The notes: a model not told the origin generated them from the letters alone. A stretch of DNA of 64,000 nucleotides from Marsupella aquatica (GCA_973895155.1 OZ316893.1:18321836-18385835), one strand, 5' to 3'. Shown: positions 12,421 through 26,206, numbered from the stretch's first letter. Program-made: numbers and translations.

Positions 12421-15400
12421 CGCGGTACTTTTGCAGAACCTCCAATCTTAGAGACTCTGGGATGTACACACTAGAAGAAACCCACCCTTTCTGAGACCAC
12501 AAAGAACGTGACTTGTCCGAGACCTTCATGAAATAGCGACTCCAAAGTTGTTGGTGTCATGTTAGTCACACCTTCTTGACTGAGTTTTGGTGAAGTTTTG
12601 AGGAGTCATGTTTACAACTTTTAGGGAAGTTGTAACTATAACTCAGTTAAGGCAATTAGGTTGAAGTCATACAAGCGACTCTACATTAGAGTACAACTTA
12701 TGAGAGCACAACATTTGAGCCCTTCAACCTTGAAGTATGGGATCTAATCCAATACATATGATTTTGGATACACCATATGTCATCCCACATAGATTTAATT
12801 ATAGTCAGGTCATACCATTTTAAACCATTACTGAGTATTCCATCATTATTCCTGCCCCCATTTAGACACCATGAAGCGCGCCCCAGCCCCATTCAACTGC
12901 AAAAAGGATTTGTCAAAGCTTGCTAACCTAACTTAATGCTTTTTGTAGTCAATCTCTAATTTTTCTATCGCCGTCTTCTGGTCGTGCCAAAGGCGTGCTT
13001 AATTATCACCCAATTTCAGCCTCACATATGTAGGTTGGGTTTACTTATTGCCATGCCCCAGAAACCTTCATGTTTCCCATGCCCCCTTCATATATGACAA
13101 CCAATGCATGGTTCATGTTCAATATAAGTCCAACTTAAATGTCCAACTTAAATATATATGATCAGCTCTTCACTACCCCAACCCTAAAAAAGTGTACTTT
13201 TCATAATGGTAATGTGGGGTCATATCTGACTATTTGGCCACATTTTCACCAAAGGGGGTGGTTCAAAGTTGTGACTAACCACTCACCCCACATATAACTA
13301 TTGCGTAAGTCCTTTGGTTTCAAAGGAAAAAACTAATTAGGCAAATCATAGACTTTTGTGTCTCTTTTGTGAACTAATGTCTCCACTTCAATGTGCGTGA
13401 GTGTGCCTTTGGACACAAGTTTAGGGTGCGCGGGTTTCGTTTAACACGGCAGCAGAGTGCAAAGTTGAGTTGAATGTGCACGGGAACTCGGCGGTTTCAG
13501 AAAAACTCGCTTGTCCATTGTGCTTACGGCCGGGGACATTCATCGTGCCTGAAGGTTTTGTGAAGGGTTTTGTGCGAGGAGCTTTACGGACTTCACTCCC
13601 GCTTGAGAGATGGTGATGGCAAGTAGGTGCAGCAGCAGCGCTTGATCAAGGCTAGACTTTATTGCGTAAGTCCCTGCTCGTCGTCTGGATATGTCATTGT
13701 TGTCGGGGTCTTTATGCTCGTCTGATTCGTCTTCTACTCTTCGTGGCCGAGAGTTGACTACCTCACTCACTGACTTCTTGTCCAATGCATACCACAACCC
13801 TATTCCTCGTTCTCAGTCTGCAAGTTTGGGAGCTTTGGACCAGAGCAGATGATCGGAAGCCTTGGACAAGAGACGCAGACTCCAATATCCAGCTTGAAAA
13901 CAAACGGTGATTGATTTTGTCAGGTGAGAAGATCGAGAGCTCTAGAGATGGCGATGGCGTGCGGGTGTAGCAGCAGCGCTTTATCAAGGTTTGTCTTCTG
14001 CTGCCACTACTGGTGCGATTATTTCTACTCTCGGCTTTTCTCGCGGAAACAACAGCTCGGATCTGAGGGCTATTGGCAGTGACACTAGTGCGCCAATCCC
14101 CGCGGGGCTTATGGGATTGGGATGTTTTGTTAGTTTCATTCCGTAGCGGAGTGGCAGGGTTGAAGGTCGTAGCGGAGAGCGAGTAGCGGAGTGGCAAGGT
14201 TTAGGGAGCTGTGACCTTCATTTGTTGTAAATGTTGGTAAGACGCCGTGACTTGACTGGTGTTGTCGAAGTTTCTTTTTACTTAGGTTCCTTCAAAGTTT
14301 CAGCAGCGCAAATTTTTCTGAAAATGACTGTGACTGTGGGCTGCAGCTGGTGAGGTGGAAGGGATTGCAAACGCGTTACTAATCTACAACCTTGGGCACG
14401 CTATCAACATATATCCAATCATCGAACGCAAAGTCGATTAAACCCTCACAAGGTAAGACCCACTCATTCCTTTTCTTATAAGCTCTTATTGGGCAAACAT
14501 CGCTCTCTGCGTACACCTTGCCAACCAGGCAAGACCCATGATACTGTTTGACTACCATAGACAGTCCCAAGCGGCCAAGTGGTGCTTCTGAATTTCTGTT
14601 GTTGAGTTGCGCCTTCCCAGATGCCGTAGTCACTACTGCTCCTTAGCGTGCACCTACATAGGTGCTGACCCAACGAAGAGAGGGATTGAGCCTTGGTACT
14701 GTACTCCTACACAGTCTGAGCTCGGGTGCCTATTCTTCATTTCCTGTTGAATGTTCCATTTTTTTAGCGGATTGCTGCTCTGCCCTTTTTCCATGGGTCT
14801 CCGGTCTGCCGGATGCTATCAGCAGATTAAGAACAAGTCATCTCCTAAGTCCCGATGTTGCAGTGGAGTCCCCGACCCTAAGATGCCACCCGAAATCATC
14901 TTTCTTGTTTCCTGCTGCTGATGTATGTATGTTCTCCCGTATTTTTGCTTATTGATTGGTCTCTCCACACTTCTTGCTTGACATGACTGTTTTTCTCCTC
15001 CCTGTATCAGAACATGCCTTGTGCCCCGTGCTCTGGTGGTGGGTGGGGGGGGTGAACAGATGACCTTAAGGTCCACTAAATTTATAGGAACCGTGCAATC
15101 GTTCAGCTGATTTTAGCAGCAAGTTCCCTTGCTTTCCCCTATTTTTGCTAAGATCCCTCCCCACTAATCACATGCATCCTTTACTTTTCTCGGTGACCCG
15201 TGCGCCTGCCTTCCTACTTTCGTTCTTATGGACTTTCCTTAGGTTTTCTTTCACCTGATTTTGGACTTTTTGCTCCGGTGGAATCTGTCTTGACAACTTG
15301 TGTTTGTTCTAATTGTTAATATCTCAAGAGGGTCGTCAACTAAGCTGACAGGAGTCAAAGCTAACTACAAGCTAGCAAATACAGAGAATGCTCCCAAGTC

Positions 15401-15767
15401 GAGTCAGGAGGAAGTTACTAAAACTAGACCTTCACAACTCTCAAAACTGGAAAGTGAAATTCAGCCTGAGACACGCAGCTGAAGGCCACAAGGATAACTA
15501 TATGGCCACGCTGTCCCTCATTCAAGTCCAAAGTCCTCTTCAGATTGTCTGAACTCCTATTTGAACTCCTGAACTGGATGAAGTCCTGTCTGAATGTGAA
15601 GTTCAGATTGGCAATCTCAAATGGCAAGTTCTGAACTCTTGTCTGAACTTCATCCACCCTTCTAAACTGGGATTTGTGCTATGTGTATAGACTCCACATT
15701 GTTGCTTCTCCCTTTCGGGCCAGCCCTCCTTGTGAAACGTAGGAGCACGATCATGGCAATTACACTT

Positions 15768-17799
15768 ACCATTCAGTTTACAGAGAGGGAGGTGAAGGTG
15801 CATCTTTCCCACATGCAACATGGGAAAGCTAAAGATCTGTTGGGCCTGAACTTGGAGCTTCTTTTGTGGGGAGGACCCTCTTTATTAACAAACTTGGTGC
15901 ATGAGCTGAATCAAGCAATGGCTTTAGGTTTACCTAAAGCTTGGATGACCAGAAGAGTGGTGCCTATCTTCAAGGCAGGCAACAAGGACGATGTGCACAA
16001 CTACAGAACCATCATGGTAGGCAATACTTTTGCTAAAGTTTTGGGAGGACTACTTGAAGCCAGATTAAGCTCTTGGTTGGAGAGTGAGATGAAAAGGGCA
16101 CCTTCACAAGCAGGTTTTAGGAGAGAATTCAGCACTATGGATCACATTCTCTGCTTGAGGGTGTTGTGTGAAAAGGCCAAATCTCCACATAAACCATTAT
16201 TTTGCTTGTTTGTGGACTTCTCCAAGGCCTTTGACAAAGTTTCCCGATCCAAACTTTGGGATAGGATGGTGGAGTTGGAAGTGCCTGAAGAGCTCAGGTT
16301 GGCTGTTTCTAAATTGTACCAAGAAGTGCGCATCAAACTTTCAAAGGAAACCTCTGAAGAAATCTGGAGCACTCTTGGGGTGATCCAAGGTTGTCCTCTC
16401 TCACCAACTCTATTTGGCATCTTCATTGATCAGCTACACAACATTTTGGAGGAGCATGGTGGAGTTGGCACTCAATTGGGTAGGTTTGTCCTCCAACTTC
16501 TTATATTTGCAGATGATGTGGTCCTACTTGCTCATGCTCAAGAAGCTTTGCAAAGACATCTCAATGCCTTGGAGGAGTTTTGTCAAGCAACAGGGATGGT
16601 AGTCAACCTCAAGAAGACCAAGTGTTTGGGCATTGGCACACGACAAAATCCAGAGCTCTACTTCCAAGGGAATCTGGTGGAATTTGTGAGGACCTACAAA
16701 TACCTTGGGGTGGAGTTCTCTCAAAACTTGAGTTGGGCCTCATGTGTAAAATCTAGGGCTGCCAATGGGTACAGAGCTTTTTATGCATTCATGAACAAAT
16801 GCAAAAGAGCTGGTCTACACACTTGGAGGTTAAGGAAACATCTCTTTGGAGCTTTGGTGAAACCAGTCATTCTTTATGGAGCACCAATTTGGGGAGCAGG
16901 TGTGTCTAAATCTGGGTGGCAACAGATTGAGGGGCTGCAAAAGCTATTTCTTGAGATGGAGCTTGGGATCAAGTCACAAACCCCATATACACTTACACTT
17001 GCAGAGGCAGGCTTGTTTCCTTTGGAGGTGGAGGCACTCTTCCACACACTCAAATACATCATGCGTATAAGAGAGTTGGAGGAAAACAGATTTCCTTTTC
17101 ATGCCTTGCGCTCATCTTCAGCTAAAGGGTGGTATGCAGATGTGTGCAGGTGGGCCCATGCTTTGGATTTTCCTGAACATGAATGGCCAACACACCCAAC
17201 CAAGCTAAGAGCAAAACTTGAGCAAAAGGCTTTGCACAAACTTTGGCATGAACCTAGCCCACGGCAGCAATACTACATGAGAGATGTGAACCCCATGAAG
17301 AAATATCGAGAACAAGAATACTTATCTAGCACTATCTCAGTACAACTTAGACAACTTATTGCTCAGTATAGACTAAGCTCACACCACCTTGAAGTAGAAC
17401 AAGGGAGATGGAAGGATATTGACAGGAAAAAGAGGGTTTGTCAACTATGTGATAGCTCTAGTATAGAGAATGAATATCATGTATTCATTGCTTGCAAGTT
17501 TTATGAGGGGGTTAGGATGGCATCTCAAATCTTGGTGAAAGATTTGTATGCATTGTTTGGTCTGCCCCCTCAGCAACTTGGAAGATTTATCTTTGCGGTG
17601 GATAGGGAAAGGAGAATAGGTTTGGAAAATCTTTCAGGGCTCTCTAGGTCCATAGTTTCTTTGAGGACATAGTTGTCCTCTTCTGAGCAATCTCTTTTGG
17701 TTGCTCTTTTCTTTGATTGCATTGTACTTTACTTTTTGTGGCAGCTCCTTTGACTTTCATGGTCCCGGAGCTTATAATACATTACCATTACCATTACCA
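15768..17799 (+). mobile_element. LINE family A (RTEX/L2-like), 5'-truncated, (CATTAC)n tail
   Basis: RT motifs QGCPLSP and FADD; C-terminal CQLC..ENEYHVFIAC; near-identical to the full-length copy at 50257-54975. Confidence 0.95.
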
Positions 17800-19649
17800 G
17801 TCTGACATTCAAAAAATGCTACTTCTCAGCAGCATGTTTCGAGTAGTTTGCCTGTGTGTTGAGCCTAATTATTTGTTTATTGCTTTAGTAACATGCATGG
17901 CCAATTGGTTTCTCTTCATGTAAAGGCAAGTTTTTGAAACTTACTACTTGAATTGGTGGTTTGCATTTAGTTAAGTGTTGAGAAATTAGCATTCACACTA
18001 ACTATTTTTCTTTTGTGATTGAGTTCTCTTTGCTATTGAATGTATTGAATAATTATTTCATCACAGAAATTTTCAGAACAAACACGGAAGCACCAGGGGG
18101 CTGAGGATTGGATATTGAGGCTGAAGACATTGAGGTAATAAACTGGGTGTGGTTCGGGTGACAATGTTAGCAACTGATGCTTCTTCAAGGGAAGGAGTCC
18201 CTCGGGACATAAAATGAGCCAAATTGTTTCAAAATTGGGAACCTGCACCCGCACTACTCAAACAAATGTGTTGGGCTTGGTGGCCTTGTAAGTCGTCTTT
18301 AGCTTTCGCGATTGAGGTTGAATCTTGCGGTACGTCAAGCGGAACTTGATCTTTGAATCATGGAACTGCTTGGTACTTTCTCCCTTACCGAACTCTATGA
18401 CAAGAAGCCATCTCATCATACATCTGCTCTACAGCTCCGTTCAACATGGTATCACGATATTCCTTGTACATGTTGTGATATCCTGTACGACTCTGATACC
18501 TCACCCAGATACCAAAGTTCTTAATTGTGGTGGGCTTCTTTTCAAAGATCTGGTAGACACATTATTCAGCATTTGCTAACTTCGAAACTAGAAGGGTAAC
18601 ACATTAAACAACAGAGAAACTCACAACATCCTCCTTTGGTCCTTCAGAGTCTGTACTTTGATTATGAAGTTTGACTGAGTTTCTGTTTACTGAAAGAATG
18701 TGACTGTGTAAGAGTTCCGTTTGGCAATGGATTGGTTGAAAGCACTTCATGCTAGTGTGTTGTCCACAGCTCTTCAACCAGCTTTTGTCTTCCTTGTCTT
18801 TCACCACTTACGATGACATCAATTCAGCTAAGACCATAGAAGGTTCCAAAGCATCTAACTTGTCAAATCGCATTCTGTTACATCAAGGACTAAGGTGTTG
18901 GGTATCAAAGGAGACAGCACAACAAACACGCTGAAAAGACTTCAGGACTGGGTTCAACAAGGTAGTGAAGGTGCTTACAGCCATAGTAAGTATGCATTTT
19001 GTATCTTTCTCTGTTGATGTGAGCTTGTGCATAATGGGAGTTGTAGTTGGCAAGAGTTCCATAAGGCCAAATATGAACAGATCCAGAAGTATGTGTATGA
19101 ACCAAGTGTAGAGTTGACTCTCTGAATATTGTAGTCTCTTTCTGAACGTACAGTTTGGTAGGGCCAATGCCATGGGATCATGTACTTGCTCTATAAAGTT
19201 CTGAAGATATAAGCATTTTCTGTTAGACCAGGCAACTTGGGAGTTGGTAAGTGTCACCTACATCTGAGGGGCTACACCGGGGGCATCAGTGGAGGTTCAC
19301 TTGCACAACACGACAGCCAGTGAATTTTCTCTCTGGTGCAACCTGCAAGGTGAGACTTTCGGTCTTTCTGGATGAAAAAACAGGATCTTAATATGATTGA
19401 TATACATGTCCATCAAGATCATGAGTTTATCACCAAGCTCTTTGTCTTAGGAAACTCATAAACTCAGAATCAAATATGTACTATGCACGTTTCATGCTAT
19501 GTGTATACTATGACCTGTAGTTGGAACCAAGACAGTGAATGGGAACTGATTAGTTTAGGTTGGTTGCTGTTGGCGAGGCAAGTTGACCTCTTGCTCGCCT
19601 TGCTCATCAAAGGACGTGAACAGAGGACATCACAACAAAAGCAACACTT

Positions 19650-20155
19650 ATGGTGAGGACCCGCAACGCTGAACATGTGCGGCTTGCACGCAAGGCAGAG
19701 ATGTTGCGCCTTGAGTATGTCAGACTTGGGATCCTTCCAGCCCAGTCTGCATGGTACTTTGAGTACCCTATTGTTTCCAGGAACAACTACAGCCGGCCTC
19801 TACCTGCTTCAATACCCTTCCCGACATCCTTGGTATTTGTGTCTCTTGTACATGACCCGCCACAAATTAGGTGCCAAGGGTGTATGCACAGTTGCCAATA
19901 TGACTGTCCTGCCTGTAGGGCTTCTGGCTCATAATTGGATGACCATTCTCTTGGATGCCGATTTTTGCACAGAGCACAATGTATCATCTGGAACCACTCG
20001 CCATCCTGCAGTGTGCTTGGTGATGTTACTTGTCCTGCCCTCCCAGACCCCACCACCGGTGACTTTGGTGTCTACACATGTTTGGATCACATGCTCTAGA
20101 GGACCACTTGTCACACCGCATGCACAGACCAGATACCATTGATCTATAGCTTAAC
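19650..20155 (+). pseudogene. Cys/His-rich ORF remnant of unknown function
   Basis: CQGCMHSCQYDCPAC; the frame continues Cys/His-rich past the stop at 19932. Confidence 0.25.
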
Positions 20156-20730
20156 ACTCTGACTTCAACACAAAGGATATTTACTTAAAATTTTGATGTA
20201 TGAGTAATTTTGGGTCCAGGGTTTAGGGTCAACAGTACATAACTTATCCTATTATGCCTGCACTAAGCAAAATATCCTAATTTAAGAGGCTAGCAAACTT
20301 GCTTAAAAGTCTCTATTGAAAGATTGCTTTCATGACTGCTTTAACCTGGTGAACATTGCAACGTTCAATGAATTAATGGGCCATGTGATAACCTGTAAAA
20401 TGTGATTTATGCCTCACTTATTTGTCTCAGCCACTATCATAGCCTATTTAGGATGTATACATTTCAACTCTTATGACATTGCTTTGAACATACCAATCCT
20501 CTTTGAAGAATGCCTGTTTTACATGTCACGACTATTGTATGTGATTCAAATGCATGAAATGTTGTTGCAGATCTCATTTGGTGAATCATAGCCACAATTA
20601 AAATTGAGATGTTGGTGGAGCAATTGTATTAGGGGATCAGTTTTGTGTGTTGGCTCAACATACCAAACCAAAAGTATGTCTGCTTTGCATCCTTGTGTGG
20701 CCATTCCAATTCATTGCAGTAGCAAATGCC

Positions 20731-20867
20731 TTTGTACCTTAAATGCTTAAATATATTTTACTTTCTGTGCAGTCTGCTAAATTGTAGAGTCTATCTAAAT
20801 GCTTTGTACCTTAAATGCTAAATATATATTACTTTCTGTGCAGTCTGCTAAATTGTAAAGTCTATCT
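20731..20867 (+). repeat. Tandem duplication, ~72-bp unit x2
   Basis: tttgtaccttaaatgct..actttctgtgcagtctgctaaattgta.agtctatct occurs twice. Confidence 0.85.
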
Positions 20868-20878
20868 CATGCACAGGC

Positions 20879-21558
20879 ATGGCACGACCTAAAATTCAAG
20901 TCAAAAAGCGTGTGATAGAGGTGAGAAACACAGGTGTACTTGGGGCAGATGCTACTAACTTCTCTGCAAGTCAAATTTTCCAGAAGGCAGCTCATTGTTG
21001 TGCCATTTGTGACGATGGTGGGGGCCTGGTCATTTGTGAGGGCCCTTGCATGAGGCATTTCCACCTCAACCCGAGTCTGACCTTGCTGCAGAAAACAATT
21101 ATCCAGGGGTGGGCCTCCCGTCAATACACCAGGGAGACTAGATGTGCATTGATTGTTTGGAGAAGCAGGCTAAGTGTGCACAGTGTGGGAAGTTGGGGTC
21201 CTATGAGGGCTCTGTTGATGCCCCAACAATTGTTAGGAAATGTCCAAACCGTTTTTGTGTGAAATTTTTCTGTTTTGAGTGTTTGCCTGCTCATGCCACA
21301 GCTTGCCCACTTCATAGGTGCAAGGCATGTGGTGAGCATGATCATGAGTACTGGACTGACATAGTCCACTGTGCTAGGTGTCCCACCATGTGGCACTATC
21401 ATTGCCTGAAAGATTGTCAAGCAGAGGGTTATGCTTGTGATAGAGAAATCTATGATCACTCTGCACATGGTGTTGATCGATGGATATTTTATTGTCATCG
21501 CCATGCCATTGATCCTACCTTGCGCACTCCTGTGAGAGATCACATATCTTGGCTGTGA
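20879..21558 (+). pseudogene. EDM2/NSD-type triple PHD-finger module (frameshift ~21075, nonsense codon at 21139)
   Basis: CAICDDGGGLVICEGPCMRHFH, CIDCLEKQAKCAQCGKLGS, CPLHRCKAC, CARCPTMWHYHCL, YCHRHAIDPTLRTPVRDH follow the EDM2 PHD cassette pattern. Confidence 0.8.
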
Positions 21559-22101
21559 AGCTGAACATTGTACATGCACAGTGCACCTGATGTGGATATA
21601 CTATTTTTTGAGATTGCAGAGATTCCAATTTTGAAAAGGAGTTGGGTAGGCGAGTTTATATAGGCAGCACTTATCTTGTGCTCTGGCGTCAGTGGCTGGG
21701 TACATGCCTATAAAAACTTATCCTTACAAGCCTTCTTGGAAGTATTTAGGCTGAGTGGTCATTTTCATAAACACTTTCATCAGACTGCTAAATTAAAACA
21801 GGACTTCTAAGTTGTAAGTGTATAAATTATCAGGCATGCAATTAATCAAATTGTCCTATAAGTTTGTCATTGAAAGTATCCTCCTTTACAACAAAATATG
21901 TATGTGCCATGACAAGTTGGTTGCACTTCATTTCACCTTTGATATGGATTTTGTAGTATACATTCAAACAATGTCCTGCATCCGTGCAGGTGCCTAGTAC
22001 GTATTGTTCACATATCCCTTGTACCTATCAAAATTGGACCTGAGCACCAGTGGGCCAGATCAACTCAAAAAGCAGGAATTTTGTTGTTCTTGTATTGTCA
22101 G

Positions 22102-22487
22102 GTGAATCCATTCTTCCAAAATCCACTGTCATCACGCAGTCATCACGTAGGGTGTGTGTACATGGAGCCTGGGAAACGTAGAAAGTGTGACCACCTAGCA
22201 GTGTTTACAGGGGTCAGAGCCATTTTGGTCCATGGCCAGCATGGGTTGACCAAAGTGCATTGGCCAACTGTACAGAAACGATTCTCTGAGCTCCATGGCA
22301 CTGTAATTCAGGACATCACTCTAGAGACTACACATGTTGTTGCAGGGACATGGCTATCAGTGATAAAGAAGTGGTCATGGTTCTACATGAATTCTGCAAT
22401 TACTAAGCAAGGCCTAAAAGTAGTTGAGGCCTCTTGGATCACAGATTCCATAGCACATCAGATTGTACAGGATTCCATAGTACATCA
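22102..22487 (+). pseudogene. BRCT-domain exon truncated by LINE insertion
   Basis: VFTGVRAILV..LHGTVIQDITLETTHVVA..KVVEASWITDSI fits the BRCT signature; acceptor tgtcag just upstream. Confidence 0.65.
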
Positions 22488-22580
22488 GATTGCATTGTAC
22501 TTTACTTTTTGTGGCAGCTCCTTTGACTTTCATGGTCCCAGAGCTTATAATACATTACCATTACCATTACCATTACCATT
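22488..22580 (+). mobile_element. LINE family A 3'-terminal fragment with (CATTAC)n tail
   Basis: Matches the family A 3'UTR and tail. Confidence 0.9.
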
Positions 22581-22587
22581 TGTGAGA

Positions 22588-25500
22588 GCCACAAAAAGTA
22601 AAGTACAATGCAATCAAAGAAAAGAGCAACCAAAAGAGATTGCTCAGAAGAGGACAACTATGTCCTCAAAGAAACTATGGACCTAGAGAGCCCTGAAAGA
22701 TTTTCCAAACCTATTCTCCTTTCCCTATCCACCGCAAAGATATATCTTCCAAGTTGCTGAGGGGGTAGACCAAACAATGCATACAAATCTTTCACCAAGA
22801 TTTGAGATGCCATCCTAACCCCCTCATAAAACTTGCAAGCAATGAATACATGATATTCATTCTCTATACTAGAGCTATCACATAGTTGACAAACCCTCTT
22901 TTTCCTGTCAATATCCTTCCATCTCCCTTGTTCTACTTCAAGGTGGTGTGAGCTTAGTCTATACTGAGCAATAAGTTGTCTAAGTTGTACTGAGATAGTG
23001 CTAGATAAGTATTCTTGTTCTCGATATTTCTTCATGGGGTTCACATCTCTCATGTAGTATTGCTGCCGTGGGCTAGGTTCATGCCAAAGTTTGTGCAAAG
23101 CCTTTTGCTCAAGTTTTGCTCTTAGCTTGGTTGGGTGTGTTGGCCATTCATGTTCAGGAAAATCCCAAGCATGGGCCCACCTGCACACATCTGCATACCA
23201 CCCTTTAGCTGAAGATGAGCGCAAGGCATGAAAAGGAAATCTGTTTTCCTCCAACTCTCTTACACGCATGATGTATTTGAGTGTGTGGAAGAGTGCCTCC
23301 ACCTCCAAAGGAAACAAGCCTGCCTCTGCAAGTGTAAGTGCATATGGGGTTTGTGACTTGATCCCAAGCTCCATCTCAAGAAATAGCTTTTGCAGCCCCT
23401 CAATCTGTTGCCACCCAGATTTAGACACACCTGCTCCCCAAATTGGTGCTCCATAAAGAATGACTGGTTTCACCAAAGCTCCAAAGAGATGTTTCCTTAA
23501 CCTCCAAGTGTGTAGACCAGCTCTTTGGCATTTGTTCATGAATGCATAAAAAGCTCTGTACCCATTGGCAGCCCTAGATTTTACACATGAGGCCCAACTC
23601 AAGTTTTGAGAGAACTCCACCCCAAGGTATTTGTAGGTCCTCACAAATTCCACCAGATTCCCTTGGAAGTAGAGCTCTGGATTTTGTCGTGTGCCAATGC
23701 CCAAACACTTGGTCTTCTTGAGGTTGACTACCATCCCTGTTGCTTGACAAAACTCCTCCAAGGCATTGAGATGTCTTTGCAAAGCTTCTTGAGCATGAGC
23801 AAGTAGGACCACATCATCTGCAAATATAAGAAGTTGGAGGACAAACCTACCCAATTGAGTGCCAACTCCACCATGCTCCTCCAAAATGTTGTGTAGCTGA
23901 TCAATGAAGATGCCAAAGAGAGTTGGTGAGAGAGGACAACCTTGGATCACCCCAAGAGTGCTCCAGATTTCTTCAGAGGTTTCCTTTGAAAGTTTGATGC
24001 GCACTTCTTGGTACAATTTAGAAACAGCCAACCTGAGCTCTTCAGGCACTTCCAACTCCACCATCCTATCCCAAAGCTTGGATCGGGAAACTTTGTCAAA
24101 AGTCTTGGAGAAGTCCACAAACAAGCAAAATAATGGTTTATGTGGAGATTTGGCCTTTTCACACAACACCCTCAAGCAGAGAATGTGATCCATAGTGCTG
24201 AATTCTCTCCTAAAACCTGCTTGTGAAGGTGCCCTTTTCATCTCACTCTCCAACCAAGAGCTTAATCTGGCTTCAAGTAGTCCTCCCAAAACTTTAGCAA
24301 AAGTATTGCCTACCATGATGGTTCTGTAGTTGTGCACATCGTCCTTGTTGCCTGCCTTGAAGATAGGCACCACTCTTCTGGTCATCCAAGCTTTAGGTAA
24401 ACCTAAAGCCATTGCTTGATTCAGCTCATGCACCAAGTTTGTTAGTAAAGAGGGTCCTCCCCACAAAAGAAGCTCCAAGTTCAGGCCCAACAGATCTTTA
24501 GCTTTCCCATGTTGCATGTGGGAAAGATGCACCTTCACCTCCCTCTCTGTAAACTGAATGGTGTCCCCAAGGGGCAAAGGCATGCCACTAGCATCGATCT
24601 GGAAAGAAATACAAGGATGTGACATAGGTTACCAGGTCCTGGTGATCCAAGGGGGGAGTAGTCTTGCCTGATTGCATTCTCTCCCAAAAACGTTTTGGAT
24701 GTTTGATGAACTCCTCACATAGTGATTGTTGATGACTCTTCAAGAAGCACCTCTTCTTGCGTTTGATGAAGTTCTTGTACATAGTGAATGCCAAAAGTCT
24801 CTTTTCCCCTGAATGTGATCTTGCTTGCATCCTTGCTCTAGCACAATCCTCGTCAAACCAAGCCTTCATGTTGTGCTTTCTAGGGGGTTTGGTGGAGAAA
24901 GTAGAGGCTGCTGCTTGTGCTATGACTTCTGAGAGCTCAATCTGATCATCCAGGGTATGGAGAAGATGTTCAAAGTTGGCTTTGAAGATGACTTCTCTAT
25001 CAGGGTCTAGAAACAGAGATTTGGGTACTGGCTTTCTATGCACTTTGTTTGGGATTGTGGTCAGGTCAAGATGGAACAACAAAGGCAAGTGTGAAGACTC
25101 TGGTTGTTGATCAAGTATTTGAAAGTCAACCACTCTAGTGGCAGAGGTAGGTGAGGCAAGAAGGTAATCAATGGTACTACATCCTTGTTTAGATCTAAAA
25201 GTGTAACCAGATGATTGGGGAAATCTCTCAAGCCCATTCAATATTCTTAGATTACAAGAAGCTCCCAAATGCAAAAAGTGACGTGTCATGTCATTTGTTC
25301 TGGTGTCAAGAGCCTCTCTCACCCAAGGTATCTCTTCACTACATGATGACCAAGGTAAAGTTCCTAAGTCCTCACTTTCAGTAAATTGTTCATTAGATAC
25401 CCTGGCATTAAAGTCCCCCACTATCCATGTCTCCCCTAGTGGTGATATATCATGAATGACTTGGATTAACCTATGAAAGGGATAATGTGCATCAGCAATT

Positions 25501-26206
25501 CCCATCTTATAGACATTCATATTAAGGGGAGCAAAGTAGGTGACAATCAGAAATGATGGAGTACCTTTGGTATGAAGTCTCACCACCATGAACTGCTTGC
25601 TGGGATCTTCATGCTCAATAGAGGTGATGTGTTGAAGTTGATTCTTGGTGTAGACAGCAATGCCTCCAAACCCTCTTCCCCGTGTGGTCTTCTTCTCATT
25701 GAAGATGGATTGTATGCAAGTAAAGCCTTTAATGCTAGGTAGAGCATTTCCCTCATATTCCCAAGTCTCCGTGAAAAGCAAGATATCAAAATTCTCAAAC
25801 AAAGGTTCCCCTCCAATTGCTGTTTCTATGGAAAGTCCTGAAACATTCCATGCCATGACTCTCAAGGTCCCAATCCATCATTTAGAAACAACTCTCTTCT
25901 TATTGGTAACAACAGCTTGTCCATTGCGCAAGTAGGCTACCAATCCTTGGTCTTTGGCTACCCTCACCTTCTCAAGCTCAATTTTCCTTGCTTGGACTTG
26001 TGTGGGAGTCAGATCATCATCCAACCAAATCCTTAGCCCTTTAAGCATGCTCCTGTTAGCCATCACTCTAGCTTTCTCGGATTCAGCTGCAAACTTCACC
26101 AAGATTGGACGTGGAAGGTCCCCCTTCTTTTGCCCAATCCTATATGCTTGCAAAATGATAGGGTCATGCACTTTCATCTGAGATTGGAAGAATGAAATTG
26201 CTACCT
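22588..26206 (-). mobile_element. LINE family A, truncated within ORF1, lacking the extreme 3' end; ORF2 frameshifted by a 4-bp insertion at ~24595
   Basis: APE ORF 24588-25865 and RT ORF 22658-24625; gcatcgatctgg here versus gcatctgg in intact copies. Confidence 0.95.

Noticed and set aside
22081-22686. 201-aa ORF as one real protein
   Set aside because: Chimera of an intron end, a BRCT exon and two LINE UTR pieces in opposite orientation.
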